From Candidatus Poribacteria bacterium (GTDB lineage Bacteria; Poribacteria; WGA-4E; GCA-2687025): DNA of 64,000 bases. This document shows positions 37,028-45,862 of the stretch, piece after piece. The translations under genes were made by a program, and so were the position numbers. Below the pieces are notes generated by a model that saw only the letters and a list, made by a program, of their open reading frames with translations, ran no database searches and had not been told where the DNA came from. The DNA is taken from the NCBI GenBank assembly GCA_963665845.2, contig OY762492.1:1760001-1824000 (forward strand). The letters are read 5' to 3'. Each line of letters begins with the position of its first letter. Position 1 is the stretch's first letter.

Positions 37028-38547
37028 AAAACGGAGCGGAAAAGCCGAATATCCTGATCGTCACGACCGATCAGCAGCGGGTCGATTCGCTCAGCTGCTA
37101 CGGAACCCCTTTCACCTCCACGCCGCACATCGACAGACTCGCGTCGGAAGGCGTCCGCTTCGACCGCGCTTACTGCCCAAACCCTGTCTGTACTCCCTCC
37201 CGCGTTTCGCTGTTCACCGGCAAGGCTGTGTCGCGGCATGGCGCATGGAATGTGGGCGTCCACGCGCGGGACGACGAACGCATGCTGTCGCATCTGCTCG
37301 CGGCGGAAGGTTATCAGACGCATTACATCGGCAAGGCGCATTTTCAGTCGTTCGGCTCTGCCGACCCGCTTTCTCAAGAACGGACGGGGCGGTGGGCGAA
37401 CGGGTATGAAGGGTGGAACGGTCCCTACTACGGATTTGAGACGGTGGAGCTTGCTCTTGGGCATGCGACGTACGGAATCAGCGGGCATTACGGAGAATGG
37501 GTCAGGCGGCATGCGAAGCCCGATGATCTAGACCGATGGCGGCGGGCGACGAATCTGCACGAGATCGGATTCGGCGGAAACGCTTTTGATTGGGAAATGC
37601 CGCTGGAATTTCATAACAGCGTCTGGACGGCGAACCGCGCCGAAGCGTTTCTCAAAGAGCGCGATTCGAACCGCCCTTTCTTTCTCGCTGTCGGCTTTCA
37701 AGATCCGCATCATCCGCATGCGGTCCCTGTTGAGCAGATCAACCGAGTCGACCCCGCGGACGTCCCGCTTCCCGACTACGACGAAGGCGAGCTGGAGGAC
37801 AAGCCGCCCCATTTTTTGGCGGCGCATGAAGGGCGTCTTGGCGCGTCAGACGCGCGGGGGCGATTTCATGTGGCGGGTCAAGGCGCCGGATGCGACTATC
37901 GGCGCGTGACCGAAAAAGACGCGCGGCTTGGACGCGCCTACTACTATTCGATGGTCAAGCTGATCGACGCGCAGTTTGGGCGCATTCTCGATACGCTGGA
38001 TGACCTGAACCTGGCGAACGACACGCTCATCGTCTTCACAACCGATCATGGCGAACTGTTAGGCGACCATGGGCTTTGGATGAAGGGTCCGTTCCATTAT
38101 GAACCGCTGGCGCGGATACCTTTTATTGTGCGTTGGCCCGCCCGCGTCCCAGGCGGGCGAGCTTGCGGCGATCTTGTCAATTTGATCGATGCCGCGCCGA
38201 CATGCCTGTCCGCCATGGGTACGGCGCCGCCGTCTGACATGGACGGAATCGACCTGCTGCCGACTCTCTTGGGCGAAGACGAAAATCAACGCGCCGCCGC
38301 GATCATAGAGATGACCGACGACCCGAACGCGCTGCGCCTCAAAACGCTCGTAACCCAAAACCGAAAACTGACGCGGTACGCCGGGCAAACATACGGCGAA
38401 CTGTACGACTTAGAAAACGACCCGCGCGAAAAAATCAACCGATGGAACGACCCGACATACGCCGGCGAAAAGGCGGCTCTCCTGAACCAGCTGCTGGACG
38501 CCTATGAGCCGCTTGAACGGCGCGAAACTCGACACTGCTACGCATAA
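37024..38547 (+). CDS. Cys-type sulfatase
   Basis: PNILIVTTDQQR, CTPSR, DPHHP, TTDHGELLGDHG, ELYDLENDPRE. Confidence 0.93.
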   Translation: MKNGAEKPNILIVTTDQQRVDSLSCYGTPFTSTPHIDRLASEGVRFDRAYCPNPVCTPSRVSLFTGKAVSRHGAWNVGVHARDDERMLSHLLAAEGYQTHYIGKAHFQSFGSADPLSQERTGRWANGYEGWNGPYYGFETVELALGHATYGISGHYGEWVRRHAKPDDLDRWRRATNLHEIGFGGNAFDWEMPLEFHNSVWTANRAEAFLKERDSNRPFFLAVGFQDPHHPHAVPVEQINRVDPADVPLPDYDEGELEDKPPHFLAAHEGRLGASDARGRFHVAGQGAGCDYRRVTEKDARLGRAYYYSMVKLIDAQFGRILDTLDDLNLANDTLIVFTTDHGELLGDHGLWMKGPFHYEPLARIPFIVRWPARVPGGRACGDLVNLIDAAPTCLSAMGTAPPSDMDGIDLLPTLLGEDENQRAAAIIEMTDDPNALRLKTLVTQNRKLTRYAGQTYGELYDLENDPREKINRWNDPTYAGEKAALLNQLLDAYEPLERRETRHCYA

Positions 38548-38558
38548 AAAGGAGAACG

Positions 38559-39929
38559 ATGCCTCTCAACGTTTTATGGATCTACGGCGAAGACCTGTCC
38601 CCCGACATCGCATGCTACGGAACCCCCGCCGTTCAAACGCCGAACATCGACCGTCTTGCCGCGGAGGGCGCGCTTTATACGAACGCTTTTGTTACATGCC
38701 CCGTCTGCTCTCCGAGCCGATCCGCTCTCATCACGGGTACTTATCAAACCTCCTTTGGGGCGCATCAGCACCGCAGCAAGCGCAACTCGCCGCTTCCTGA
38801 GCATATGGAGCTGATAACAGATCGGTTCCGCGCGGCGGGTTATTTCACCTCAAACAGCCCCGGCCCGCCCTTCAACCGCCGCGGGAAAACCGACTTCAAC
38901 TTCAACGCGCCGAACCCGTTCGACGGGATCGACTGGAGCGAACGCGCCGCCGACCAGCCGTTTTACGCGCAATGCAACATTCCGGACACGCACCGCGTTT
39001 TCACGCGCGATCCAGAGCGGCCTGTCGATCCAGAGGCGGTTGAGCTTCCGCCCTATTATCCCGACCATCCGCTGACGCGGGCGGATTGGGCGCGGTATCT
39101 TGAAAGCGTTCAGGTTGTCGACCGAAAGCTGGGGCAGATTTTGGCGCGTCTTGACGAAGAAGGGTTGGCGGACAATACCGCCGTCTTCTTTTTAAGCGAC
39201 CATGGACGGGCGCATCCGCGCTGCAAGCAGTTTCTGTACGACGGCGGCATACGCATTCCTCTCATCGCCCGCATCCCCGGCGGAGAAAGAGGCGTCGTGA
39301 AGGACGATCTTGTCAGCGGAGTCGATCTGGCGCCGACATCCCTCTCCCTCGTCGGCCTTCCGATTCCAGGTTATATGGAGGGCGCGCCGTTCCTCGGCGC
39401 GGACGCCCAGACGCGCGACTACATCGTCGCGGCGCGCGACCGATGCGACGGAACGGACGACCGCATTCGCTGCATACGAACGAAAACGCATAAATATATC
39501 CGCAACTTCCATCCCGAACGCCCGTATCTGCAGTTCAACGCTTACAAAAAACTGCAGTATCCCGTTCTGGCGCTGATGGAGGTTTTTCGGGACGTCGGCG
39601 GGCTGAACGAGGCGCAGCTGCCGTTCATGGCAAACGAACGGCCTGAGGAGGAGCTGTACGACCTTCAGAACGACCCGCATGAGACGGCGAACCTTGCCGA
39701 CGGCGCTGAAAGTCAAGAGACGCTGCGCTCCCTTCGGCAAACGCTTGATGAATGGATCCGCGATACGGCCGATCAAGGCGAGACGCCTGAAGACCCTACT
39801 GTCGCCGCGGAAGAGGATGAGAAGATGCGGGCGTCTTATGAAGGCGGGATGGAGCGGCGCAGCCTCCCAACCGACATTTCGCCTGAAGCGTATCTCAACT
39901 GGTGGCTGGAGCAGTTTGGGTGGGGTTGA
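38559..39929 (+). CDS. Cys-type sulfatase (sulfamidase/SGSH-like subgroup)
   Basis: WIYGEDLS, CSPSR, LPPYYPD, SDHG, RDRCD, RPEEELYDL. Confidence 0.92.
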   Translation: MPLNVLWIYGEDLSPDIACYGTPAVQTPNIDRLAAEGALYTNAFVTCPVCSPSRSALITGTYQTSFGAHQHRSKRNSPLPEHMELITDRFRAAGYFTSNSPGPPFNRRGKTDFNFNAPNPFDGIDWSERAADQPFYAQCNIPDTHRVFTRDPERPVDPEAVELPPYYPDHPLTRADWARYLESVQVVDRKLGQILARLDEEGLADNTAVFFLSDHGRAHPRCKQFLYDGGIRIPLIARIPGGERGVVKDDLVSGVDLAPTSLSLVGLPIPGYMEGAPFLGADAQTRDYIVAARDRCDGTDDRIRCIRTKTHKYIRNFHPERPYLQFNAYKKLQYPVLALMEVFRDVGGLNEAQLPFMANERPEEELYDLQNDPHETANLADGAESQETLRSLRQTLDEWIRDTADQGETPEDPTVAAEEDEKMRASYEGGMERRSLPTDISPEAYLNWWLEQFGWG

Positions 39930-40166
39930 CGCGACAGCTTGGGAGAAGTTTTTTGGCGTCGCAAAAAGCTGTTGTACCGAGAGAACGACCATGCTAGAAT
40001 GGACGCAGACGGCATGAACGGTCTGGAAACGAAGTTTCTGAAACGCCGAAAGAAACGATCCTGCAATGCAACGACTGAAAAAACTCATGTCCGCGCTTCT
40101 CGGACGAACCGACCGTCATGATGTGTCCGCTGTACCCCTTCCCCGCGTCAGATTGAGCCGGATGGA

Positions 40167-40397
40167 ATGATGGTCCTCTACGAGCCGGCCACAATGGTTG
40201 ATCTAAAAAAGGGCTTCGTTTACTACGGCTACGCCGAATCAAAATTGGCGCCTGGCAAGTGGAAGGCTTGGGGCAAGGCGAAACGGTCCGACGAAGATCA
40301 AACAGAAGAGCGGGCGTTCCCGGATGAGTGGGACGAAGGCATCAACTATCCCACATCCGGGCCCAAGATTATTAGAGACATTGACATCCTTAAATGA
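40167..40397 (+). CDS. Small hypothetical protein or gene remnant at the head of the propeller array
   Basis: 76-aa ORF with protein-like composition, ending 31 nt before the next gene. No clear RBS. Confidence 0.35.
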   Translation: MMVLYEPATMVDLKKGFVYYGYAESKLAPGKWKAWGKAKRSDEDQTEERAFPDEWDEGINYPTSGPKIIRDIDILK

Positions 40398-40428
40398 AGC
40401 AGGGCGTCAACAGAAAGGAGATTCGACC

Positions 40429-41529
40429 ATGCGAAAAGCGCGTCTCTTTCCGCGTTTTCTGATTCTTGCCGCCGCCTGTTTGTTTGCTGTGCCGCTTTCC
40501 GCTCGGGAGCCGAAAGTTCCGAAGCCGCTGGAGGACGCGACGAAGATCGAACGGCCGACCGTTTGCTATTCTGCCGGAAGAGCGGGCGGCCTTTGGTTCA
40601 TCGATTGGGACGGAAAGAACAACAGGCTTTGGCTGGGCGAAGACCTGTGGTTTATGGGTCCGGCGCGCTTTGGACCCAAGGGCAAGCGCGCCGCCTTCGT
40701 CGTATACTCAAGCGACTCAAGAGTCGGATACTCCATCTTCGTTCTGAATTTGGAGACCAATCGGGTAGAGAATCTGACCGATCGTCTTTTGGACCGCCGG
40801 CTAACGCTCACGGCGCCGCGCTGGTCCCCCAACGGGCAGTGGCTTGTGTGCCGCGGCTCCTCCGGCGACGGCAGGGTCAAGCCGCTGGACATTTACAAGT
40901 TGAATGTTTCGTCTGCCAAAGTTGTCAACTTGACAAGATCGCCGAATGATACCGACGATTGGCCCTCATTTTCGCCGGACGGCAAGAAGATTCTGTTCTC
41001 CTCCGCTCGCGGCGATCAGGACAACAGAGTTTGGGACATCTACATCATGGACGCCGACGGACGAAACGAAGTGAACCTGACGAACCATCCTGCCGTCGAC
41101 TCCACACCGGAATGGTCTCCGGACGGCAAGAGAATCGCGTTCCAATCCACACCGGATGATCGGTCGAACGGGAAGCGGGGACATGACATCTATCTCATGA
41201 ACGCGGATGGGTCGGAGGTGGAGCGGCTCACAACCGACGCGCGCTGGAAGACCGTGCGGAGCTGGTCTCCGGACAGCAAGTGGATTTTGACCGGCATTCA
41301 GCTTCCTTGGGACGACAATCGGTATCAGATTCACCGCGTCCATGTGGAGACGAAACAGATTGTCAAGATCACGCGCGCGCCGATGAGTTCGTCTTCAGCG
41401 AGTTGGGTTTTGGCGGGCAAAAGCCGCTTCCTCTCCGTAGACCCAGCCGGTAAAAAAAAAGCGCAATGGGGAGCAGTGAAAAAAACGGACAGCAGCCCGA
41501 ATAGTCCAGCTTCGCAAGACGGCGAATGA
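40429..41529 (+). CDS. Secreted TolB-like (PD40) beta-propeller, array member 1
   Basis: AGAAAGGAG RBS, start MRKARLF, signal peptide, WSPDG blades, constant C-terminal tail. Confidence 0.9.
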   Translation: MRKARLFPRFLILAAACLFAVPLSAREPKVPKPLEDATKIERPTVCYSAGRAGGLWFIDWDGKNNRLWLGEDLWFMGPARFGPKGKRAAFVVYSSDSRVGYSIFVLNLETNRVENLTDRLLDRRLTLTAPRWSPNGQWLVCRGSSGDGRVKPLDIYKLNVSSAKVVNLTRSPNDTDDWPSFSPDGKKILFSSARGDQDNRVWDIYIMDADGRNEVNLTNHPAVDSTPEWSPDGKRIAFQSTPDDRSNGKRGHDIYLMNADGSEVERLTTDARWKTVRSWSPDSKWILTGIQLPWDDNRYQIHRVHVETKQIVKITRAPMSSSSASWVLAGKSRFLSVDPAGKKKAQWGAVKKTDSSPNSPASQDGE

Positions 41530-41702
41530 CGCGCCGGCGGGGATTTTGCGGCTGAAGGGCGCAGGGCAGTACGCTCATACGGGGATATTCGCGGACGCGG
41601 CGCCTCTCCCAGAAAGGAGCTCGGCATGACAACCGCTCAATTTTCAAAACGCTGCGCCGTTTTCATAGCGGCGGGTCTGTTCGCCCTGCTCTCCGCCGCC
41701 GC
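41404..41702 (+). repeat. Junction direct repeat, copy 1 (gene tail + spacer + next signal peptide)
   Basis: Near-identical to 42583-42880; first 137 bp also repeated at 43788-43924. Confidence 0.92.
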
Positions 41703-42708
41703 TGTCGGAAACGATCTTGAACCGCTCGAAGATGTGACGAAGCTAGAAAAACCGACCATTTCTTATAGAGCCGAAGGAGGTGTGTACCTGATCGACTTCG
41801 ACGGTCAAAACAACCGGCTCTGGCTGAAGGGAGAATACGGACTTCCGATGTGGAGCATGGACGGCAGGCTCGTCTCTGTCGCCGGCGGCGTCCCGGACAA
41901 GTTCTACGGAAAATATGTTCTGAATCTCAGAACAGGGGAAGAGGCGAACATTACAAAGCGGATCATCCAGAAAATGGGCATCGAATTCTGGCGCGAATTT
42001 CACATCATTAGCAGCGAGTGGATGCCCGGGGGCAGGCAGATGGTTTGTAGAATCGGGGGGGACTTTCCGCCGCCTCATGGCCCCCCTGCCGAGCTTTATA
42101 TGCTGACCATCAGCACGGGCAAGATGGTCAACATCACGAACACGGCGGGCAAATCGGAAGGACCGTTGACCGTGTCTCCTGATGGAAAAATCGCGTTTTC
42201 TGCGAACGTGAAGGAGCCGTTCCATCACACTCACAAACACGACATTTTTATCATGAACGCGGACGGGACGGATGTGAGAAACATCACCAACACTCCCGAT
42301 GTGTACGAAGACTCCCCTGCTTGGTCTCCGGACGGCAAAAAGATCGCGTTTCTCGGTTTGGGAGGCGTTTATACCATGAACCCTGACGGCTCCAATATGG
42401 AGAAAATCGCGCCTGTCAAGGGCTGGGTAGAACTCACGACATGGTCTCCGGACAGCAAATGGATCTTATACGGAATGAATCCGGACAACATAAAATTCGG
42501 CTTTCGCATTTTGCGGGCGAATGTGGATACGAAGGAGATCGTTCGCGTTACGCCTGAAGGCGTCAACGCCGTGTTCGGGTCCTGGGTTTTGGCGGGCAAA
42601 AGCCGCTTCCTCTCCGTTGACCCAGCGGGTAAAAAAAAAGCGCAGTGGGGAGCGTTGAAAAAAGCGGACAGCAGCCCGAATAGTCCAGCTTCGCAAGACA
42701 GCGAATGA
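41626..42708 (+). CDS. Secreted TolB-like (PD40) beta-propeller, array member 2
   Basis: RBS, signal peptide MTTAQFSKR, PAWSPDGKKIAF, constant tail. Confidence 0.9.
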   Translation: MTTAQFSKRCAVFIAAGLFALLSAAAVGNDLEPLEDVTKLEKPTISYRAEGGVYLIDFDGQNNRLWLKGEYGLPMWSMDGRLVSVAGGVPDKFYGKYVLNLRTGEEANITKRIIQKMGIEFWREFHIISSEWMPGGRQMVCRIGGDFPPPHGPPAELYMLTISTGKMVNITNTAGKSEGPLTVSPDGKIAFSANVKEPFHHTHKHDIFIMNADGTDVRNITNTPDVYEDSPAWSPDGKKIAFLGLGGVYTMNPDGSNMEKIAPVKGWVELTTWSPDSKWILYGMNPDNIKFGFRILRANVDTKEIVRVTPEGVNAVFGSWVLAGKSRFLSVDPAGKKKAQWGALKKADSSPNSPASQDSE

Positions 42709-42880
42709 CGCGCCGGCGGGATTTTGCGGCTGAAGGGCGCAGGGCAGTACGCTCATACGGGGATATTCGCGTCCGCGGCGCCTCTCCCAGAAAGGAGCTC
42801 GGCATGACAACCGTTCAATTTTCAAAACGCTACGCCGTTCTCATAGCGGCGGGTCTGTGCGCTCTGCTTTCCGCCGCCGC
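42583..42880 (+). repeat. Junction direct repeat, copy 2
   Basis: See copy 1. Confidence 0.92.
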
Positions 42881-43913
42881 AAACCAAGACCTCAAGCCGT
42901 TGGAAGACCCGACGAAACTGGAAAAGCCGACCATCTGCTATGACGGCAGAGAAGGACTGTACCTGATCGACTGGGACGGCCAAAACAGGCGGCTCTGGAT
43001 GAAAGGAATCTTCAACGGACCTGCCAGATGGAGCCGGGACGGGCGGTACGCCTCCTTCATGTACAGCCTGGATTACACGCATTACATCCTGGATCTGAAA
43101 ACCGGACGCCTGATCAACATGACGGAGCGTCTAAACCTCAGGGGCCGTAAGGACATCTACATGACCGGCGCATGGTGGTTTCCGGACGGAAGGCGGCTTG
43201 CGTGCCGGACAAACAGCTTTAACAATCCAATCGTAGCTCATTCCGACATCTACGTGTTGGATATTCGCACGACGGAGTTGGAACAGCTCACAGCGACGCC
43301 GTTCAAGGATGAGTATTGGGCTTCCGTCTCTGGAGACGGCAAGAAAATCGCTTATGTCGGCTACCCTGTCCGGAAAGATGAAATCAAGATTGACCATGGG
43401 GTCGAAAGCCCAGGCCATCCAAACCATCTCTATACGATGAGCTCGGACGGGTCGAACGTCGTCAATCTGACGAACAGCACCGCGTACGAGACCTACCCTG
43501 AATGGTCGCCGGACGGCAAGAAGATCGCGTTCGAAGCGGTTTTTCGCCCGGAGCAGGCGGGCGAAATTACCGGCGCTGACCTGTATATGATGGATCCGGA
43601 CGGTTCCAACGTTGAGCGGCTCACGAACCGCGAAGTTTGCCGGCGGGCGACTCTGCATGATTGGTCGCCTGACAGCAAGTGGATTCTGTTTCATATGGCT
43701 GAAGACGACGATTCGCCGTCCCAGCTTCACCGCGTTCATGTGGATACGCGGGAGATTGTGCGCATCGGGTACGCCGGCTCCTCGACGTGGGTCTGGGCGG
43801 GCAAAAGCCGCTTCCTCTCCGTCGATCCAGCCGGTAAAAAAAAAGCGCAATGGGGAGCAGTGAAAAAAACGGACAGCAGCCCGAATAGCCCAACTTCGCA
43901 AGACAGCGAATGA
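42804..43913 (+). CDS. Secreted TolB-like (PD40) beta-propeller, array member 3
   Basis: Same RBS and signal peptide as member 2 (MTTVQFSKR), PEWSPDGKKIAF, constant tail. Confidence 0.9.
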   Translation: MTTVQFSKRYAVLIAAGLCALLSAAANQDLKPLEDPTKLEKPTICYDGREGLYLIDWDGQNRRLWMKGIFNGPARWSRDGRYASFMYSLDYTHYILDLKTGRLINMTERLNLRGRKDIYMTGAWWFPDGRRLACRTNSFNNPIVAHSDIYVLDIRTTELEQLTATPFKDEYWASVSGDGKKIAYVGYPVRKDEIKIDHGVESPGHPNHLYTMSSDGSNVVNLTNSTAYETYPEWSPDGKKIAFEAVFRPEQAGEITGADLYMMDPDGSNVERLTNREVCRRATLHDWSPDSKWILFHMAEDDDSPSQLHRVHVDTREIVRIGYAGSSTWVWAGKSRFLSVDPAGKKKAQWGAVKKTDSSPNSPTSQDSE

Positions 43914-43924
43914 CGCGCCGGCGG
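43788..43924 (+). repeat. Junction direct repeat, copy 3 (tail only)
   Basis: Matches copies 1 and 2 until 11 nt past the stop, then diverges. Confidence 0.9.
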
Positions 43925-43937
43925 AGTCTGCCTTCTC

Positions 43938-43965
43938 TTGACATTCGCGCCCGCATGCGTATCTT
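43938..43965 (+). promoter_or_regulatory. Putative sigma-70 promoter for the vWA gene
   Basis: TTGACA-16 nt-TATCTT. Confidence 0.5.
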
Positions 43966-44010
43966 TGAGCATAGCATCGGCGGTCGGCATAGGCTGGATA
44001 GGGACGCATC

Positions 44011-44997
44011 ATGGTTTGGCAGCATCCTGCGGCGTTGATAGCGCTGGCGCTGGCGCCTCTTTACTGGGCGGCGGATGCGTATCTGTCGCGTTACGCTCCG
44101 GCGGCGCGGCATGGGAACGCGGACGCCCTGCTGGACGCCTCCTCCGGCGGGGCGCCGGGGCTGTTTCGTCGGTTGGCGCGCTGCGCCGCGGTGGCGCTGA
44201 TTGTCATGGCGCTCGCGCAGCCGAAATTGCCGGCAGACGGCCGGCTGAACGCCGGCGCAGGCGTCTCCATCTGCCTCGCCTTGGACCTGTCCCGCTCCAT
44301 GCGCGCCGAAGATTTTAAACCGAACCGACTCGAAGCGGCGAAATCGACGCTCCGCCGTTTTGTGAAGGCGCGCCCGGACGACCGCATCGGCATGGTCGCG
44401 TTTTCAGGCGACGCTTTCTTGCAGTCGCCGCTCACGCTTGACCATGCGGCGCTGGACAGGCTCATCGAACAGACCGATTTCAACCTTGTGGACGCCAACG
44501 GAACCGCCATCGGCGACGCGCTCATCAAGGCGGCGGCGCGTTTGAAAGACGCCCCCGGCAAAAGCCGCGTCATCGTTCTGGTGACGGACGGTGAAAACAA
44601 TGTCGGGCGCGTCGCCCCTGAAAGCGCGGCGGAAGCGGCCGCCGAGATGGGTATGCGCATCTTCGCTGTCGGCGTCGGAAGCGCGGAAGGCGCGCCGATT
44701 CCTCACCGCGGCGGTTTTGTGCGCCGGGCGGACGGCTCGCGCATCATCACCCGCGTAGACGAACTGTTGCTGCGGCAAATCGCCGACTCGACCGGCGGGC
44801 GGTATTTCAACGCCGCCGACCAGCGCGCCCTGGACGCGGCAATGCGGGAGATCGACCGCTTAGAAAAAGCGCCGACCGCTGCCGCGCGCTTGACAACCTA
44901 TCAGAACACGGCGCACTGGTTCTATCTGGCGGCGTTTCTGCTCCTCGCCGTTGAAAGCGCGCTAGCCCGCACGTTCCTGCGCGTTCTTCCGGAGTGA
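44011..44997 (+). CDS. BatA-like membrane-anchored vWA domain protein
   Basis: N-terminal BatA-type TM region (ALAQP), MIDAS DLSRSM, PNRLEAAK, GTAIGDAL, LVTDGENN, TGGRYF, C-terminal TM. Confidence 0.9.
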   Translation: MVWQHPAALIALALAPLYWAADAYLSRYAPAARHGNADALLDASSGGAPGLFRRLARCAAVALIVMALAQPKLPADGRLNAGAGVSICLALDLSRSMRAEDFKPNRLEAAKSTLRRFVKARPDDRIGMVAFSGDAFLQSPLTLDHAALDRLIEQTDFNLVDANGTAIGDALIKAAARLKDAPGKSRVIVLVTDGENNVGRVAPESAAEAAAEMGMRIFAVGVGSAEGAPIPHRGGFVRRADGSRIITRVDELLLRQIADSTGGRYFNAADQRALDAAMREIDRLEKAPTAAARLTTYQNTAHWFYLAAFLLLAVESALARTFLRVLPE

Positions 44998-45834
44998 TCT
45001 CCACAGAACGACCGCCCCCGCCGCCATCAGAAGAAGCGACCAGAGCTGATACTCGGAAATGCCGTCCATCAGGAGCGTTCCGTCAAACGCCAGCCCGTCG
45101 TAGATGTTCTGCAGCGAGCGCGATTCCCAGCCCATCGGCGTCGCCTTGAACGAAAAGACGTCGGTCAAGCGCCAAAACTCGGTGATGAACCTTTCAACCG
45201 CCATGACCATCAGCGCCAGCCCTGTCATCGCGCCGGGCGCCGCATCGAGGCGTTTGCGCAGCGCCATTAAAACGGCGAATCCGATCAGCAGCAGGACGAT
45301 GTCGTAGATCGGCGTTGGATGCACGAGCAGCTCAACGCCATCAACGACGCTGGGGACGACGCCGTTTGAAAAGTCCATCGCCCAGGGGGCGTCTGTAGGC
45401 GGTCCGTAGTCGCCGTCGCCGGAGAGTAAGCATCCGACGCGCCCGAACGCCTGCCCGAGGGGCAGCGCGAGAGCGATCGAATCGAGCGGCGGAGCTAGGC
45501 GCCTTTCAGGGTCGGTTTCTTGGAGCTGTTTGCTGCGTTTCAGAACCAAGACGACCGCGATGGCTCCGCCCGTTAAGCCTCCGTACCATGTGAAGCCGAC
45601 GCCTGAAAACAGGGATCCCCAATCAAAACCCTGCGTGACGAAATGGTACAGCTTCGCCCCGACGATGCCGCCGACCAGCGCGCCGAAGACCGCATTGCCG
45701 GCTAGTTCGGGATGCATGCCTTTGCGGATGTAGTCGCGCCGTATGATGAAATGCGCGCCGAAGAACCCTGCCGCCATCATCAGCCCGAAGGTGTTGATGG
45801 CGAAGGGTCCTATTTCGAACAAGGTAGGTAAGAT
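44962..45834 (-). CDS. lgt: Prolipoprotein diacylglyceryl transferase
   Basis: GFTWYGGL, GQAFGRVGCLLSGDGDYG, HPTPIY, ERFITEFWR. Likely ATC start at 45834 (see findings); the TTG at 45822 is the alternative. Confidence 0.85.
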   Translation of the reverse strand: MLPTLFEIGPFAINTFGLMMAAGFFGAHFIIRRDYIRKGMHPELAGNAVFGALVGGIVGAKLYHFVTQGFDWGSLFSGVGFTWYGGLTGGAIAVVLVLKRSKQLQETDPERRLAPPLDSIALALPLGQAFGRVGCLLSGDGDYGPPTDAPWAMDFSNGVVPSVVDGVELLVHPTPIYDIVLLLIGFAVLMALRKRLDAAPGAMTGLALMVMAVERFITEFWRLTDVFSFKATPMGWESRSLQNIYDGLAFDGTLLMDGISEYQLWSLLLMAAGAVVLWRSLRKNAQERAG

Positions 45835-45862
45835 GTTTTACTCCTCCCGATTGCTTCGCCGT

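Noticed and set aside
40429-43924. Integron cassette array or diversity-generating retroelement
   Set aside because: No attC-like GTT..AAC palindromes recognised, no integrase or reverse transcriptase, and repeat differences are not adenine-specific.
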